Translations under genes and position numbers: made by a program
In this document: positions 25,720 through 38,145 of the stretch, in pieces
How positions within the stretch are numbered: the stretch's first letter is position 1
Layout of the letters: each line of letters begins with the position of its first letter
Notes under the pieces: model-generated
Database searches by the model: none
What the model saw: only the letters and a program-made list of their open reading frames with translations
Told to the model about the DNA's origin: nothing
From: Camelus ferus
Taxonomy: Eukaryota
Assembly (NCBI RefSeq): GCF_009834535.1
Contig: NC_045696.1
Span: forward strand, 31,622,001 to 31,686,000
Reading direction: 5' to 3'
Length of the DNA: 64,000 nt

Positions 25720-27985
25720 TTTCTAAAATGATTTAAATCTGTCTATTTCTCCCTTAAATTTTAAAAATGTTTTCTTTATTAATGCTTAAACTCTACCACT
25801 AAGTACATGCATCTTTAGGACTTTCATGTTTTCTTGACAAATGAGACCTTTGGTCAATAAAACATTTCCTTCTTCATCTCTTGAATATTGCTTTTCTCGA
25901 GGCTTTTTTACTGATTGTTATAATCCCCCATTTTTTTGTATAATTTACATTTGCATTATACATGATTTTTGATCATCTTAAGTACTTAACTTTAATTTGT
26001 TAAAAAGTTAAAAGTCTCTTACAAATGACATATAGTTGAATCTTTCTTTTTTATATCATTTGAAGTGCTTGCTTTTTGGTCTTCACATAACTTGCATTCA
26101 ATGTAATTAATGAATTACTTTACAGTAAGCCTTGATGTTAAGTAATGTCAGTCCTCCAATTTTGTTCTCCTCCTTCAATATTTCATTGATGATTCTGGAT
26201 ATACCACCTCTCCATATAAACGTTAGAAATAGTCTCAATATCCTGAAAATAATTTGCTGGGATTTTTATTGTATTGTATTTATACATCAAGTTGGGAAAA
26301 ATTGACATCTTGACAATATTGAATCTTCCTATCTTTGAGCATGGAATATCTCTCTATTTACTTAATAATTCTTCTCCTTTCCTTCTTCTCCTCCTTCTCC
26401 TTTCTTTTGTGTTTTTGTCATTGTTGTTGTTTTGTTGTTTATTAGAGTTTTGTAGTTTTCCTCATATGGATCCTGGATAGTTTGTTATATTTATAACTAT
26501 GTATTTCATTTTTGAAATGCTAATATAAATGCTATTGTGTCATTAATTTCAAATTCCACTTGTTCATTGTTGGTATACAGGCAAGAAACTGATTTTTGAA
26601 TGTTAACCTTGCTTCCGGCAACCATGTTACAATTGCTTATTAGTTTCAGGAGGGTTTTTGTTGTCAATTCTTTTAGATTTTCTACATAGAAAGTCATGTC
26701 ATCTACAAAAAAAAGAAAGTTTTATATCTTCCTTTCCAATCTGCATACTTTTTATTACCTTTTCTTTTCTTATTGCATTAGCTAGAACTTTCAGTATGAT
26801 GTTCAAAAGGAATGGTGAGAGGGAAATCCTTGTTTTGTATCTGATCTTCATGAAAAAGCTTCAATTTTCTCATCAAGTATGATTTTAGCTGTAGGTTTTT
26901 TTGTAACTAGTCTTTATTAAGTTGAGATAGTTCTCCTATATTTCTAGTTTATTGAAAGTTTTTATGATTAATAGGTGTTGGACTTTTTCAAATGCTTTTC
27001 TGTTCTAGTGAAATGATTATGTGTTCTTTTTTTTTATTTTTTTAATCTCTTGACATGATTGATCACATGATTGATTTTTAAATGTTGAACCAGCCTTACA
27101 TACTTGTGATAAATCCCTTTTGGTTGTGATGTGTAATTCTTTATACCAGTAAAATGTGATTTAGTAACACTTTGTTGAGAATTTCTGCATTTATATTCAT
27201 TAGAGAAACTGGCCTATTGTCTTATTTTCTTGTAGTATCTTATTCTGGTTTTGGTGTTACAGTAATGTTGGTCTCATAGAATGAGTTGGGAAGTATTCTT
27301 TCTCTTCTTCTATCCTTGAAAGAGATTATACAGAGTTGGTATAATTTATTCTTTAAAATTATAGTATAGTTGCCAGTAAATGTATCTGGGCCTTTGAAAG
27401 TTATTAATTATTCTTTCAATTTCTTTAATAGATAAAGGCATAGTCAGGTTATCTATTTCTTCTTGTGTGAGTTTTAGCATATTTTGTCTTCCAAGGAATT
27501 GATCTATTTCATCTAGGTTATCAAATTTGTGGGCACTGAGTTGTTCATAGTATTCTTTCCCTATCCTCTTAATATCCATAGCACCTATAGTGATATTCCC
27601 TCTTCTGTTTGATATTAGTAGTTTCTGTCCTTTCCCTTTTTTTTTTTCTTAGTTGGCCTGGCTAGAAGCTTATTGATATTTTCAAAGAACTAGCTTTTGA
27701 TTTTATCTATTTTTCTCTACTGGTTTCATTTTAAATTTCATTAATCTCTGTTCTAATGTTTAATATTTATTTTCTTCTGCTTACTTTGGATTTAATTTAC
27801 TCTTCTTTTTCTAGTTTCCAAAAGTGGAATCTTAGATTGGTAATTTTTAATCTTTCTTCTTGTCTAATTTATGTATTCAATGCTATAAATGTCCCTTAAG
27901 CACTTCTTTCACTGCATTCCACAAATTTTGATAAATTTGTGTTTTCATTTTCATTTAGTTAAAAATATTTTTGAAATTGTTATGA
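25720..27985 (-). mobile_element. LINE-1 ORF2 fragments (L1M), decayed
   Basis: Minus-strand translations DIKRIGKEYYEQLSAHKFDNLDEIDQFL..KLTQEEIDNL (27346-27579) and YVENLKE..LLKLISN..VAGSKVNIQKSV..LYTNNEQ (26506-26697) are recognisable L1 ORF2p segments, interrupted by stops and frameshifts. Confidence 0.92.
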
Positions 27986-28102
27986 GATTTCCTCTTTGAA
28001 ATTTACTTATATTCAAGTCTACTACATTTCTTCTGTGGTATCCAATCTGTTGCTAGTCTCATCCATTAAATAAGGCAACTAAAAATAGTCATTACTTGTA
28101 GG

Positions 28103-28318
28103 CAGTGGTTGTCAATCAGAGGCCATTTGCTCCCAGTGGACATTTCTCTATGTGTGGAGACATCTTATTATTATCACACTTAGGGAAGAGGTCCTATTGA
28201 CATCTAACACATGGAGGCCAAGGATACTGCTAAACATTCTAAAATTCACAGGGAAGCCCATCAAAACAAAGAATTACTTGGCATAAAATGTTAATAGTAC
28301 CAAGACTAGGACCCCTTG
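28103..28318 (+). mobile_element. MER20 hAT-Charlie MITE
   Basis: cagtggttgtcaa...ggaggccaaggatactgctaaacattcta...aaaacaaagaattacttggcataaaatgttaatagtacc. Confidence 0.9.
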
Positions 28319-28689
28319 CTCTTGATCTTATTTATTTTTCCTCCAGAAGTGTGGTCTTGGACCTCAACTAATTGTCTAGTCTCTTTAGTGATGTCTCTCC
28401 AATCTGTGTAGTCAGAACTTCAATATGTCCCTGTTCTTTTCAACTCCAGAATCCTATTCAGTACACAACACCAAGTAACTATTATCTGTAAAGCCTTGAA
28501 AAATTGTTTTACATAACTCCTTAACAACCAGATAGAGAATAAATCTCTACACCAATTTGGGAGATTCATTTTGTGCAGATATTTTCTGTATGTATTATGC
28601 CCCCCAAATTCCAACCGTCTCACCATAATTACTATGATTCTCTGTATGGTTACTGCATAAAATCACTCTACAAGAGTAAAAATGCATTC

Positions 28690-28900
28690 TTCATGGAGCC
28701 AACATGTTTCCCTGACTCATTTGGGCTTTGTAGGAATCAGCAGACAAAGGCATCTGTGCTGACCAGAGTACTTGATCCTGATAATCAAGGAAGATTAGGT
28801 TAATGTTATACCACTGGAACAAGAGAGATTATATTTGTAACCTAGAAAATTCATTGGGATACCTCTTTGTATTTTCTTGATCAGTAACCTGGTTAATACA
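28690..28900 (+). mobile_element. ERVL-class internal remnant (dUTPase C-terminal region)
   Basis: Translates NQQTKASVLTRVLDPDNQGRLG, against ERVL dUTPase NQQAKKGVTVLAGVIDPDYQGEIG. Decayed. Confidence 0.7.
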
Positions 28901-29204
28901 TTGACCCAATAATAAAAGATAAACAAGGACACAAAACAAAACAAAGCAAGAAACACAGTACTGAGACCAGAAGCCAGCTATGACTCCATTTTTCCAGCTA
29001 CAAAGTGGAAACTGTAAATGCTGTATTTTATAAAGTATTTGTACCCTACACACCAACAATGAAGAACAATGATGGTATATAATATTTTAAAATTTAAGGG
29101 AACGTTCAACAAAATTAATATTTGTGCCCTCTTTGTTGGGGAATTACCTTTTAAAACAGGAAGGAAAAAGGACGCAAGCTAATGGACTAAAAGTTGGTGC
29201 ATTC

Positions 29205-29720
29205 TACTGAATATTTCCCACTTGTTATGGTAGGTTGATATATCTAGACTTATAGCAACTGGCTATCTTGCCCTCTGGCCACTGGTTGAGTTTGGTCCAT
29301 GAGTAATACTAGCAGGATATTAGTAAAATGAGAGGAGTAAGTTCACGTCTTTACCAGGTCTCCATTCTGCCTGTTTCACATAACTGTCTTACTTAGTTTT
29401 CGTGACTTTCTTTCCTTGCCTCTGAAGAGTTTCTCTCAGATGTTTGAGTCTCGCAACCAACGAACTCTTCCTATCAGGTGTCCTTTTCCACACAACCTTC
29501 TGTGTCCCAAAGTTCTGAAAATGTTCCCTTCCATATCCTTTTTATCCCTAGCAGTGTTATCAGAACCCCAAATCCCGTTACAACTTACTCCTGTACTACA
29601 GTATTCTTTTTTTATATCCCTGTACCTTGCATTCCCCATTGTAAACAATTTCATTTTTAATCTACCTTCAAACTATACTAAAATGAGTACACTGCATATT
29701 TCCTGTTGAAATGAATGCTA
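29205..29720 (+). mobile_element. LTR33-like ERVL LTR
   Basis: cttgccctctggccactggttgagtttggtccatgagtaatactagcaggatattag is the LTR33 core, lying just 3' of the ERVL internal remnant. Confidence 0.65.
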
Positions 29721-29776
29721 CGATTCCTATTTCCAGGAGACTTTCTTTTGTTAAATGGGGTACATCTGTAAAATTT

Positions 29777-29908
29777 GCATAATCATATAATTTACCATTT
29801 GAGCAGGGATACATTTGAGAGTGAAAGGGAGATACTATTAATCATTACATCATGACAATAGATATTATCAGACTGTCCCAAGGAACCCAGAGTGTTTTGG
29901 TCAACCCA
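29777..29908. mobile_element. MER94-like hAT-Blackjack MITE
   Basis: catataattta...gggatacatttgagagtgaaagggagatactattaatcattac...gactgtccca...tggtcaaccc. Confidence 0.75.
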
Positions 29909-30274
29909 GTCAGAATCCTTTGGATTCACACCTATGTCATCAAAATTACCACTGTGTATTATTGAATAAGACATGATCCCAATTTGAATATATTATCTAA
30001 ACATTCTCAGCTTTAGTTTGAGCTGGATGTGGAACAGAGAAAATCCAGAGGTTTTGAGTTGAACCTAAATACAATGGATCTAACATACAAAGGCCTCTGT
30101 GCAATGTGACATTGTTAATTAATATTCTAGTGGTCTAGAGGAAATAACAAATATCCAAAGACTTTAGCAATATACACCTGTATCAGAAACAAATCAAAAG
30201 ATGTTATGAAGCAGTACTTCCAGTTTGGATGCAAAGTATGAGAAAGACTTAGTGTGGACAAAAAAAATGAATAG

Positions 30275-30711
30275 GTATATTTATCTAGTGGAATATTATT
30301 TAGTCACAAAAAGAAAGAAAACCTGTCATTTGCAACAACATGGATGGATCTGTAGGGTTTTATGCTAAATGAAATAAGTCAGATGAAGAAAAATACTGTA
30401 TGATATTACTTATATGTAGAATCTAAAAATAAAACAAGCATTTACACAGAAACAGAATCCAGATACAGAAAACAAACTACTGATTACCAGGGGGCAGAGG
30501 GGTGAGGGAGGAGTAAAACAGATGAAAGGTGTCAAGAGGTACAACTTCTAGGTATACAATAAGTAAACCACAAGGATGTAATGTACAACACAGGGAATAT
30601 CATCATTATTTTATAACTTTGTATGGTGTATAATCTATAAAAATATCAAATTACTATGCTATACACCTGAAACTAATATAATATTGTAAGTCAACTATAC
30701 TTCAATAAAAA
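30275..30711 (+). mobile_element. LINE-1 3' end (cetartiodactyl/laurasiatherian type), 5'-truncated
   Basis: catttgcaacaacatggatggatct...gaaataagtcaga...gatgtaatgtacaacacagggaata...tacacctgaaactaatataatattgtaagtcaactatacttcaataaaa. Confidence 0.92.
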
Positions 30712-31894
30712 TGGATAAAGTAAAACAAGAAAAGGGAAAGCTGATTTGAAAGTATATTTTGACATAGTATTGAATTGACAGTACAGATTCACTGTAAATT
30801 CAGACTTGCTCTTACTCAGCGATTTTCATATATTTTTCAATGAATTTAGTATCCACTCTTCAAAACCATATATTTCACATTGAGACAGATAATTTGCAAC
30901 AGATAAAAACATTGTATTCAGTATAATATCTGAATGTCTAATTTTTCATAGAAGGTGATAGCCATGAGGGCCTATATGAAGAATCATCATGCTGTTCTGC
31001 CCTGAACAGTATGGGGCACATCAGAGAAACTGCCAAAAAGACAAAAGAAAACAAACAGCCAACACAAGAACATGAAGTTCTTTGTGCTCCTAACATTTTT
31101 GTTGAATTTTCTAAGTTGAATTTGAAATATTAAGGTGATGTCCATGAGGAAAGAGTATGATTTAAAGCCAATTTCTTTTACTAAAAACATAAACATCTAA
31201 AAACACTCTTATGGGAATCAAATATACAGAGAAAAAAAGAGGGATAAAATGCATCCTCTTTTCAACATGGGATATTAATCTTTATGAAGTGAATTATCTT
31301 CTGAAGCAGACTACTTAGCATCACATTTACATTTCTTCATTAAAAGATGTATTATTTTGTCTTAAATCTTTCAAAACAAGTGATTATAACTTTTATTTCA
31401 TTGGTCAAAATAAATATTTTTGCATTAACTATAAGAGAAAATAGCAGTTTTTAAATTGTGCAATTAAAGCTCTTTCAACTTTCATTTGGTAACGAAATTT
31501 GAAGTTTTCTTTACGAAATAGAAATGTTAGAATTATTTGTACATCACTAGCAAGCTTCATTTTATCTGATGGAAGCATTTGTGTTATGTAATTAAAGTGA
31601 AGTGTCAATATCATTTTAATTGTGTTCATTCTTCCCACATAGTGAACTTTAGCATTGATCTAGCAAGAACCTCCTGAACCAGTTTTATAACTAGAATCAA
31701 ATTAACTTTAATTATATTGTCAAGGTCTCTTGTAATTTTAATTTCCTTGATATACCAAGTTTGTAGATAACTATTTAGATGCCACTGAGGGAAAATTGTT
31801 CAAAAGGAAAGTTATTTTCTTTTATTTCTTATTTTTAATGTTGAATGTTTCTATTCTTAAAATATCAAAGCTTTAAAAATGCCACTTGCCCCAC

Positions 31895-32340
31895 CCATTT
31901 CCCTTTGATCTTTCTCAGAAGTTACTGACAAGAGGCTGTTCCCATATAGTCTGACAACTTTCAGTCACTCTCTGAGACTGTACTTGGCCTTTAGAGTGTG
32001 CTCTGCCTGAACACCAAGTAGCTCAGAAATGTCAGGGAATTAATGTACCAGGGACAATCCTACAAAATGAGTGATGAGGGCTGGTGTATAAATACCCAAC
32101 AGCCTCAATCTTCACTATCATTCTGAAACATGTTCTACAAGGTTTCCCACAAGGTTCTTAGTGGGCTTGAACATCAGTTGCCGCCTACAGGAATGACTCA
32201 CTCATACATACCATTCCTTCACTTTCCAATCTTTCTTGTCTCATTTGCCCATTCCTTCAAAATATTTTACCTTTGAAACAATCTTCTTATAACCAGTCCT
32301 TTTCTCAAGACCTACATTTGGGAAACTCAAAATGTAACAA
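31895..32340 (+). mobile_element. LTR16A-like ERVL LTR
   Basis: gaaatgtcagggaattaatgtaccagggacaatcc...ggtgtataaataccca...ctgaaacatgttctaca...cagttgcc...tctcaagacctacatttgggaaactcaaaatgtaaca. Confidence 0.75.
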
Positions 32341-32445
32341 CTCTTGAAATACTTTTGGCTAATTTCAGCTAATCAAAGGCAAAATTAAATGGACCTTTAC
32401 CCAATATGGAACCTATTCTTATTAACTACAAAAATCACACAATGT

Positions 32446-33021
32446 GGTATTTTAGTCAGGGTTCTCTAGAGAAACAGACTAACATGATAGATATAGATAG
32501 ATATAGATATAGATATAGATTATGAATAATTTATTCATATATCTATGAATATATATTATATATATATAAATAGGTAGATAGATTTATTTTAGGGAATTGG
32601 CTAATGCAATTATCAAGGTTGGGAAATCCCATGATTTGCTGTCTGCAAGGTAGATACCCCAAAAGTCACTAGTGTAAATCATCCTGAATCAGAAGGCCTG
32701 AGAACCAGCGGGAGCCAATGATGTAGATTCCAGTCTAGGTCTGAGAGCCTGAGAATCAGGAACACTGAGTGCAGGAAGAGACTGATGTACCTGCTCAAGC
32801 AATCAAGCAAAAAGAGGCAAATTCTTCCTCTACCTTTCTATTCTGTTCAGGCTCTCAACCGATGGGATAATGCACAGCCACACTGGGCATGACAATTGCT
32901 TTACTGAGTCAACAAATTCAAATACTAATTTCATCCAGAAATACCCTGCAGATATAGTCCAAAATAATGTTTAACCAAATATCCATGATTTAGTCAAGTT
33001 GATAAAAAACTAACTATTATA
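32446..33021 (-). mobile_element. MLT2B-type ERVL solo LTR with internal (ATAG/AT)n tract
   Basis: tagtcagggttctctagagaaacaga...gggaattggct...gaaggcctgagaacca...aataatgtttaaccaaatatc...agtcaagttgata. Confidence 0.9.
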
Positions 33022-33309
33022 AGTGGCTTTCAAAATATGTAGACAGTTAAGTATAAAACCTCTAGGTTTATCATTTAGGAGTTTCATTATAGTAAATTTC
33101 TTAAAATAAAACATTATGCATGCAATGGCAGTTAAATTGAGGATTCTCTGAGTTACTCTTTAACTCCATAGTGAGGTGCAAACAATGAGTAATAATTGTG
33201 CAAGGAAAGTTTTTTAAGCAGTAACCAGAAACCAAGCAACATTAATTAAAATTAAACCTAATAAGTCATCTGTAAACATTCACCACTTTCAAAAACAAAA
33301 GAGAGAATA

Positions 33310-36125
33310 GTGTCATCATCAGTGAGAATGGTGGAAGAAGAAACTCCAAAAACCTGTCCAATAAAAGCAATTTAAAAAACTGTCAAAATTGTCAGAATCA
33401 ATTATTTCAGTACTCTGTATGCTAATCACAACCAGGGGAATGCTTAACCAAGAAAAATTAACTCTATTTCAGTAAAAACAGTGAGCTTTGTGGCATTTTT
33501 AACCCACTCTTATCCATCTCCCACTCTTTAGTCCACTAGTGGTCTTGAAAACAACAGCTAGCATTTCAAGTACAGATACCAATTCTGGAAAGCAAAAACC
33601 CTATTCACACACAAGACAGCATGGATGTATGTTTAGGCCTGACTGGTTATTTGATGAAGGAAGGATTCTAGGTACTTACTTTTATCTCATCTAACATAAA
33701 CTCTCCAAGCGCTGAGAGTGCTATTTAGGGGACATATGATGAAAACATTTATATGGAAATGTATTTGTTGCTCTTGCCTGGGGCAATGAATAACAGTTGG
33801 AGCAAGCAATAGATTAACCAAAATCTTGAGAAAAATTCTGGGAAAAAATGCTTTAGAGAGTTAAGGCTTGAAAATCTCCAACATATTCTTGGAAATCTAG
33901 AAATTTAAGTGTATGCCCAGGGCTGTGTACATGCCCAAGAAAGACATGAGAAGTTACTAAGTTCTCACCTTTGTCTTACATTCAATTTATGTGTAAGCAG
34001 GAAATAAAGGGTAAGGTAGAGATTTAAACCACCTGGCTGAATATTAAAGGTATGCACTACTATACACATATATACATGTTTGATTTGCCACCAAAAAAAA
34101 AAAAAAAAAAAAACCTGGGAATTTTTTATTTTTAGTTCCAAGTACTTAAGGAAATCTCAGTCTAATCACTAACTGACCCTAAGCTAAATGGAACAGAGAT
34201 TTCAGAAGCTACACATGACCAAAAATAGAGGCTACAAAATTTGGTCAGAAAAGTCTCTAAACAATCAACAATTAGAATATACAGCAACAACAAACCCTGG
34301 AAAAGGGAAGATTAATATTTCCAGAGTTTCCACATGATAGTATCCAAAATGTCCAGTTTTCAACAATAACAAAAATTATGTGGCATGCATAGAGACAAAT
34401 ATATATATATATACATTTATCTGTGTGTGTGTGTATATACATCTCAACACTATATATCTCATACATACATATATATATATATCTCAACACTATACTTACC
34501 AAAAACTTTAAATTTGTAATTAAAATATTTTCAAAGAACTAAATGATAAGAATGGTATCTCACCAAATAGAGAGATAAATAAAGATAAAGGGGTAATAAA
34601 AAAAAATGAAATTAAAGTTCTGGTTCTGAAATATTAACTAGATGAGCTAATTACAGATGTGAGCAGGGAGAAGAAAGAATTAGTGAACTTGAACATAAGT
34701 CATATAAGAGTATTCAGTTTGATGACCAATATTAACCACAAAAAGAATGAAGAAAGATAAACAAAGCTTAAAAGACATGTGAGACTGCATCAAGTATACT
34801 AACATACACATAATGGAAGTCTCACAAGAGGAAACAGAGAAAGGGGCATAAACTGAACAAACTACAAGTAGGATAAACATAAATCCACACTGAGACACAG
34901 TTTAATCAAATTGTTTCAAGTCTACACCAAAGAGAGGATCTCAAAAGCAGCAAGGTAGTAGCAATTCATCACGTAAAAGGGATCTTCAATAATACAAACA
35001 GCAATCATCAGAAACCATAAAGGCCCAAAGGCAATGGAGTGATGTATTTAAAAAGCTGAAAGAAAAACAAAACAAGTCAACCAAGGCACAATTATCTTTC
35101 GAAAATGAACAAGAAATTAAATAACAGAGAGAGTTTGTGGCCTATAAGAAAGTGTTTCAAGACAAATTCCTAGAAACTCATAAAGTAACAAAATTGACTC
35201 AAGAAGAATTAGAAAATCTTAATGGACATATAACAAGTAAAGAGACTGAGTTAGTAATAAAAACACATCCAAAACAACAGGCAAGGATCAGATGATTTTA
35301 CTGGTGATTTTTATCAAATTTTAGAAGGAGACATGTAAATTTTTGTCATACTGGATTAGACAGTGTTTGTTTAAATATGGCAGATACACAAACACATACA
35401 CACATCAATCCAAAAATAGATAATTTGAACTTCATCAACATTTAAAACTTTCTTGCTTCAAAGCACAGTATGAAGAAACTGAAAAAAAAAACAAAACACA
35501 AAATGAGAGAAAATATTTCTAAATCATACATCTGATAAGGGTCTAGTATCCAGAATATATCATGAAATCTCATAACTCAGCAACAACAAAAAATAAATAA
35601 GTGGATTTTAAAATAAGCAAATGACTTAGACATTTCCCCCAAAAGATTTACAAAGAGTAAATACAAACATTAAACAATGCTCAATATCATAGTCATTAAG
35701 GAAATACAAATCAAAACTACTCCATAGTCATTAAGATGGCAAGAAAAGAAAGAAGAGAAATGTGAAAAGCAGGAAGAAGAGGAAGAAAGGAGAAGAAGAC
35801 AGAAAGGAAGAAGTGAAAAAGAAAGAAGAGGAGGGAGAAGTAGATGAGAAGTAAAGAGGATAAGTAGGGAGAAGGGAAAATAACAAGAGTGTGGAGAAAT
35901 TGGAACCCTCATAAATTGCTTCCTGGCAATGTAAGGTGGTGCCCTTCTGTGGCAAACAGTATGATTGTTCCTCAAAAATTAAATGTAGAGTTACCATATA
36001 ATCCAGAAATTCTACTCCTAGGTATATACTCAACAGAAATGAACATAAGAAAACACAGATGTTCATAACAGCATTGTTCATATTAATCTCAAAGTGGAAA
36101 CCACTATGTCTATCAAATGAATGAG
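33310..36125 (+). mobile_element. Old LINE-1 with large internal deletions (5' region, ORF1, ORF2 pieces, 3' ORF2 end)
   Basis: ORF1-like aaaagcagcaagg..catcagaaacca..atgtatttaaaaagctgaaagaaaa. ORF2-like aaaattgactcaagaagaattagaaaatc, tctgataagggtctagtatccagaatata, gagttaccatataatccagaaattctactcctaggtatat. Confidence 0.8.
35738..35882. repeat. Purine-rich (GAA/GA) low-complexity tract
   Basis: About 145 bp almost entirely A/G, inside the L1. Causes ORFs 35670..35975 and 35731..36171. Confidence 0.85.
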
Positions 36126-36126
36126 T

Positions 36127-38145
36127 TATGGGGTAGTCCAAGATGGTGGCACAAGAAAATCCCGAACTCACCTTCTACCATGGACACAGCAAACCTACGG
36201 CTATATAAAGGAAAATTACTGCAGAAAAATAACCGATAACCAGTTGTATAGTCCTCCACAACAAAGGATAAAAGGCCACACGGAGAGAGATAAGAGAGGC
36301 AAAGATGTGTTCTCAATAACACCCCCCCCCAGCATGGTGACCCAAAATAGGGAGAGATATATTGGGTCCAGAGCTACTTCCTAAGGAGCAAGGGGTTTAT
36401 GCTCCACATTAGGCACCACAATACTTGAGACCTGCACTAGAGAGAAAAGGGCCCCAAAATGTCCAGCTTTGAGGCTTATATTCAGGAGACATGAGCAGCT
36501 ATGGGGATATGAGATATTCATTTGGAGGGGTTTATGCACAACATCACTTGTCCTGGGACCCAGTGAAAATACAGCAGTTAGAGAAATACCTGAACTATAT
36601 GTAAAGGAGATTTATTAACTAATCTTAAAGCACCAGCTGGAGGGGCAGGAATTTCTTTGGTGATGGAGGTATTAGCAAGTACCATTTTTGTACTGTCCCT
36701 ATACCTTGCTAACACAGATAGGCTCACACACACAGATTCACTAAAACTGTGGGCATGTCCCACCCCCAGTGTTCTTCCCCTGCCTCCCTAAAGCTGTGGA
36801 CCCCACCTTGTCCCCCACCCCCACCCCACCCCAGAACTCTGCCAAAGCCTCACTTGCTAGTGGGTGAACACAGTACACAAAGGGGACATGTCTTGATCAC
36901 TTGGCACTGGTGGCCAGAAAGTCTTTCCCTCCTGGGACCCATGAGATTTTAAGAATCAGACAGCCTGGCAGGCCACCACACCCGGGACACTGTACAGACA
37001 GCAGACTGAAACACATAGTTAGTCTACTTGTGAAAAAAGCCAATAATATACTTGTCCTAGAGCTTGAATCTGAGGGACATGCTTCAGGTTTGCTACACAT
37101 CTAGAGGCTACAGAGGCATTCACAGGGACTATAAGCAAGGAGACACAATTCTTTTCTCCTCCCTTGGCCTTACCACAGTTTGCTGATACCTCCCAGATAT
37201 GAGCTTATACACTGAAACCCCATTTTTTTGTAACTGTTATCCAGGAGACACCTCCAGATTTCCTGGTCTGGAGTTCAACTGGGTTTATAATTGCAGTCCC
37301 ACTGGAATGAATGTAATTGCATATTTTATAGCTACTGCCTGAGGCGCTTGCTCCCACTCAGCCTGAAACTAGGTGCTGACTGAGATCCCTTCCACTGGAA
37401 CACTGATAGGTCTTGTCCCTCAACCATGGGGACCTATCACGGATAAGCCATTCCAAAGGCTTGAGAGACAAACAACAGCTAGGGCAAAGTTCAACAATAA
37501 GGTTCATCTCCTAAACAAGGCAATTCCTTCAAGATTGGGAGAGATAGCTGTTTCATAAAATACATAGAAACAAATACAGAGAATCAAGCAAAATGAGGAA
37601 AAAAGGAATATGTTCCAAACAGAATAACAATACCAGACCTCAGCAAAAGACCTAGTGAAATGGAGATAAGTAATCTACCAGATAAAGAGTTTAAAAACAA
37701 CAGTCATAAAGATGCTCACCAAGCTCAGGATAAGAATGGATGACCACAGCAATAACTTCAATAAAGAAAAAGAAAATATTAGAAAGTACCAAATAAAAAT
37801 CACAGAGATGAGAAATTCAATAATTTCCTGAAAAATAAAGTCAAGAGGTTCAACACAAGACTAGATGAAGCAGCAGAATGGATCAGCAACCTGAAATACA
37901 GTGGAGAACTCACTAAATCAGAGCAGCAAAAAGAAAAAAGTATTTAAAAAGTAAATATACCTTAAGGGACTTACGGGACAACAGCAAGTGAAATACATTC
38001 AGGTTATAGGGGGTCCTGAAAAAAGGAGAGAAGAGTGAAGGGGGCAGAAAATTTATTTATTTAAAGAAATAATGGCTGAAAACATTCCTAACTTGGGGAA
38101 GGTAACAGGCATCCAGGTCCAGGAAATACAGAAAGCTCCAAGTAA
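36127..38145 (+). mobile_element. LINE-1 5' UTR plus N-terminal/central ORF1 (3' part absent)
   Basis: Begins ggggtagtccaagatggtggc...gaactcacc, like an L1 5' terminus. GC-richer UTR. ORF1 start aaaatgagga..aggaatatgttccaaa (~37593), then gagataagtaatctaccagataaagagttt and gaaataatggctgaaaacattcctaacttgggg. Confidence 0.85.

Noticed and set aside
35670..36171. Longest ORFs in the window (101 and 146 aa, S/F/L-rich)
   Set aside because: Antisense reading of L1 sequence and a purine-rich low-complexity tract.
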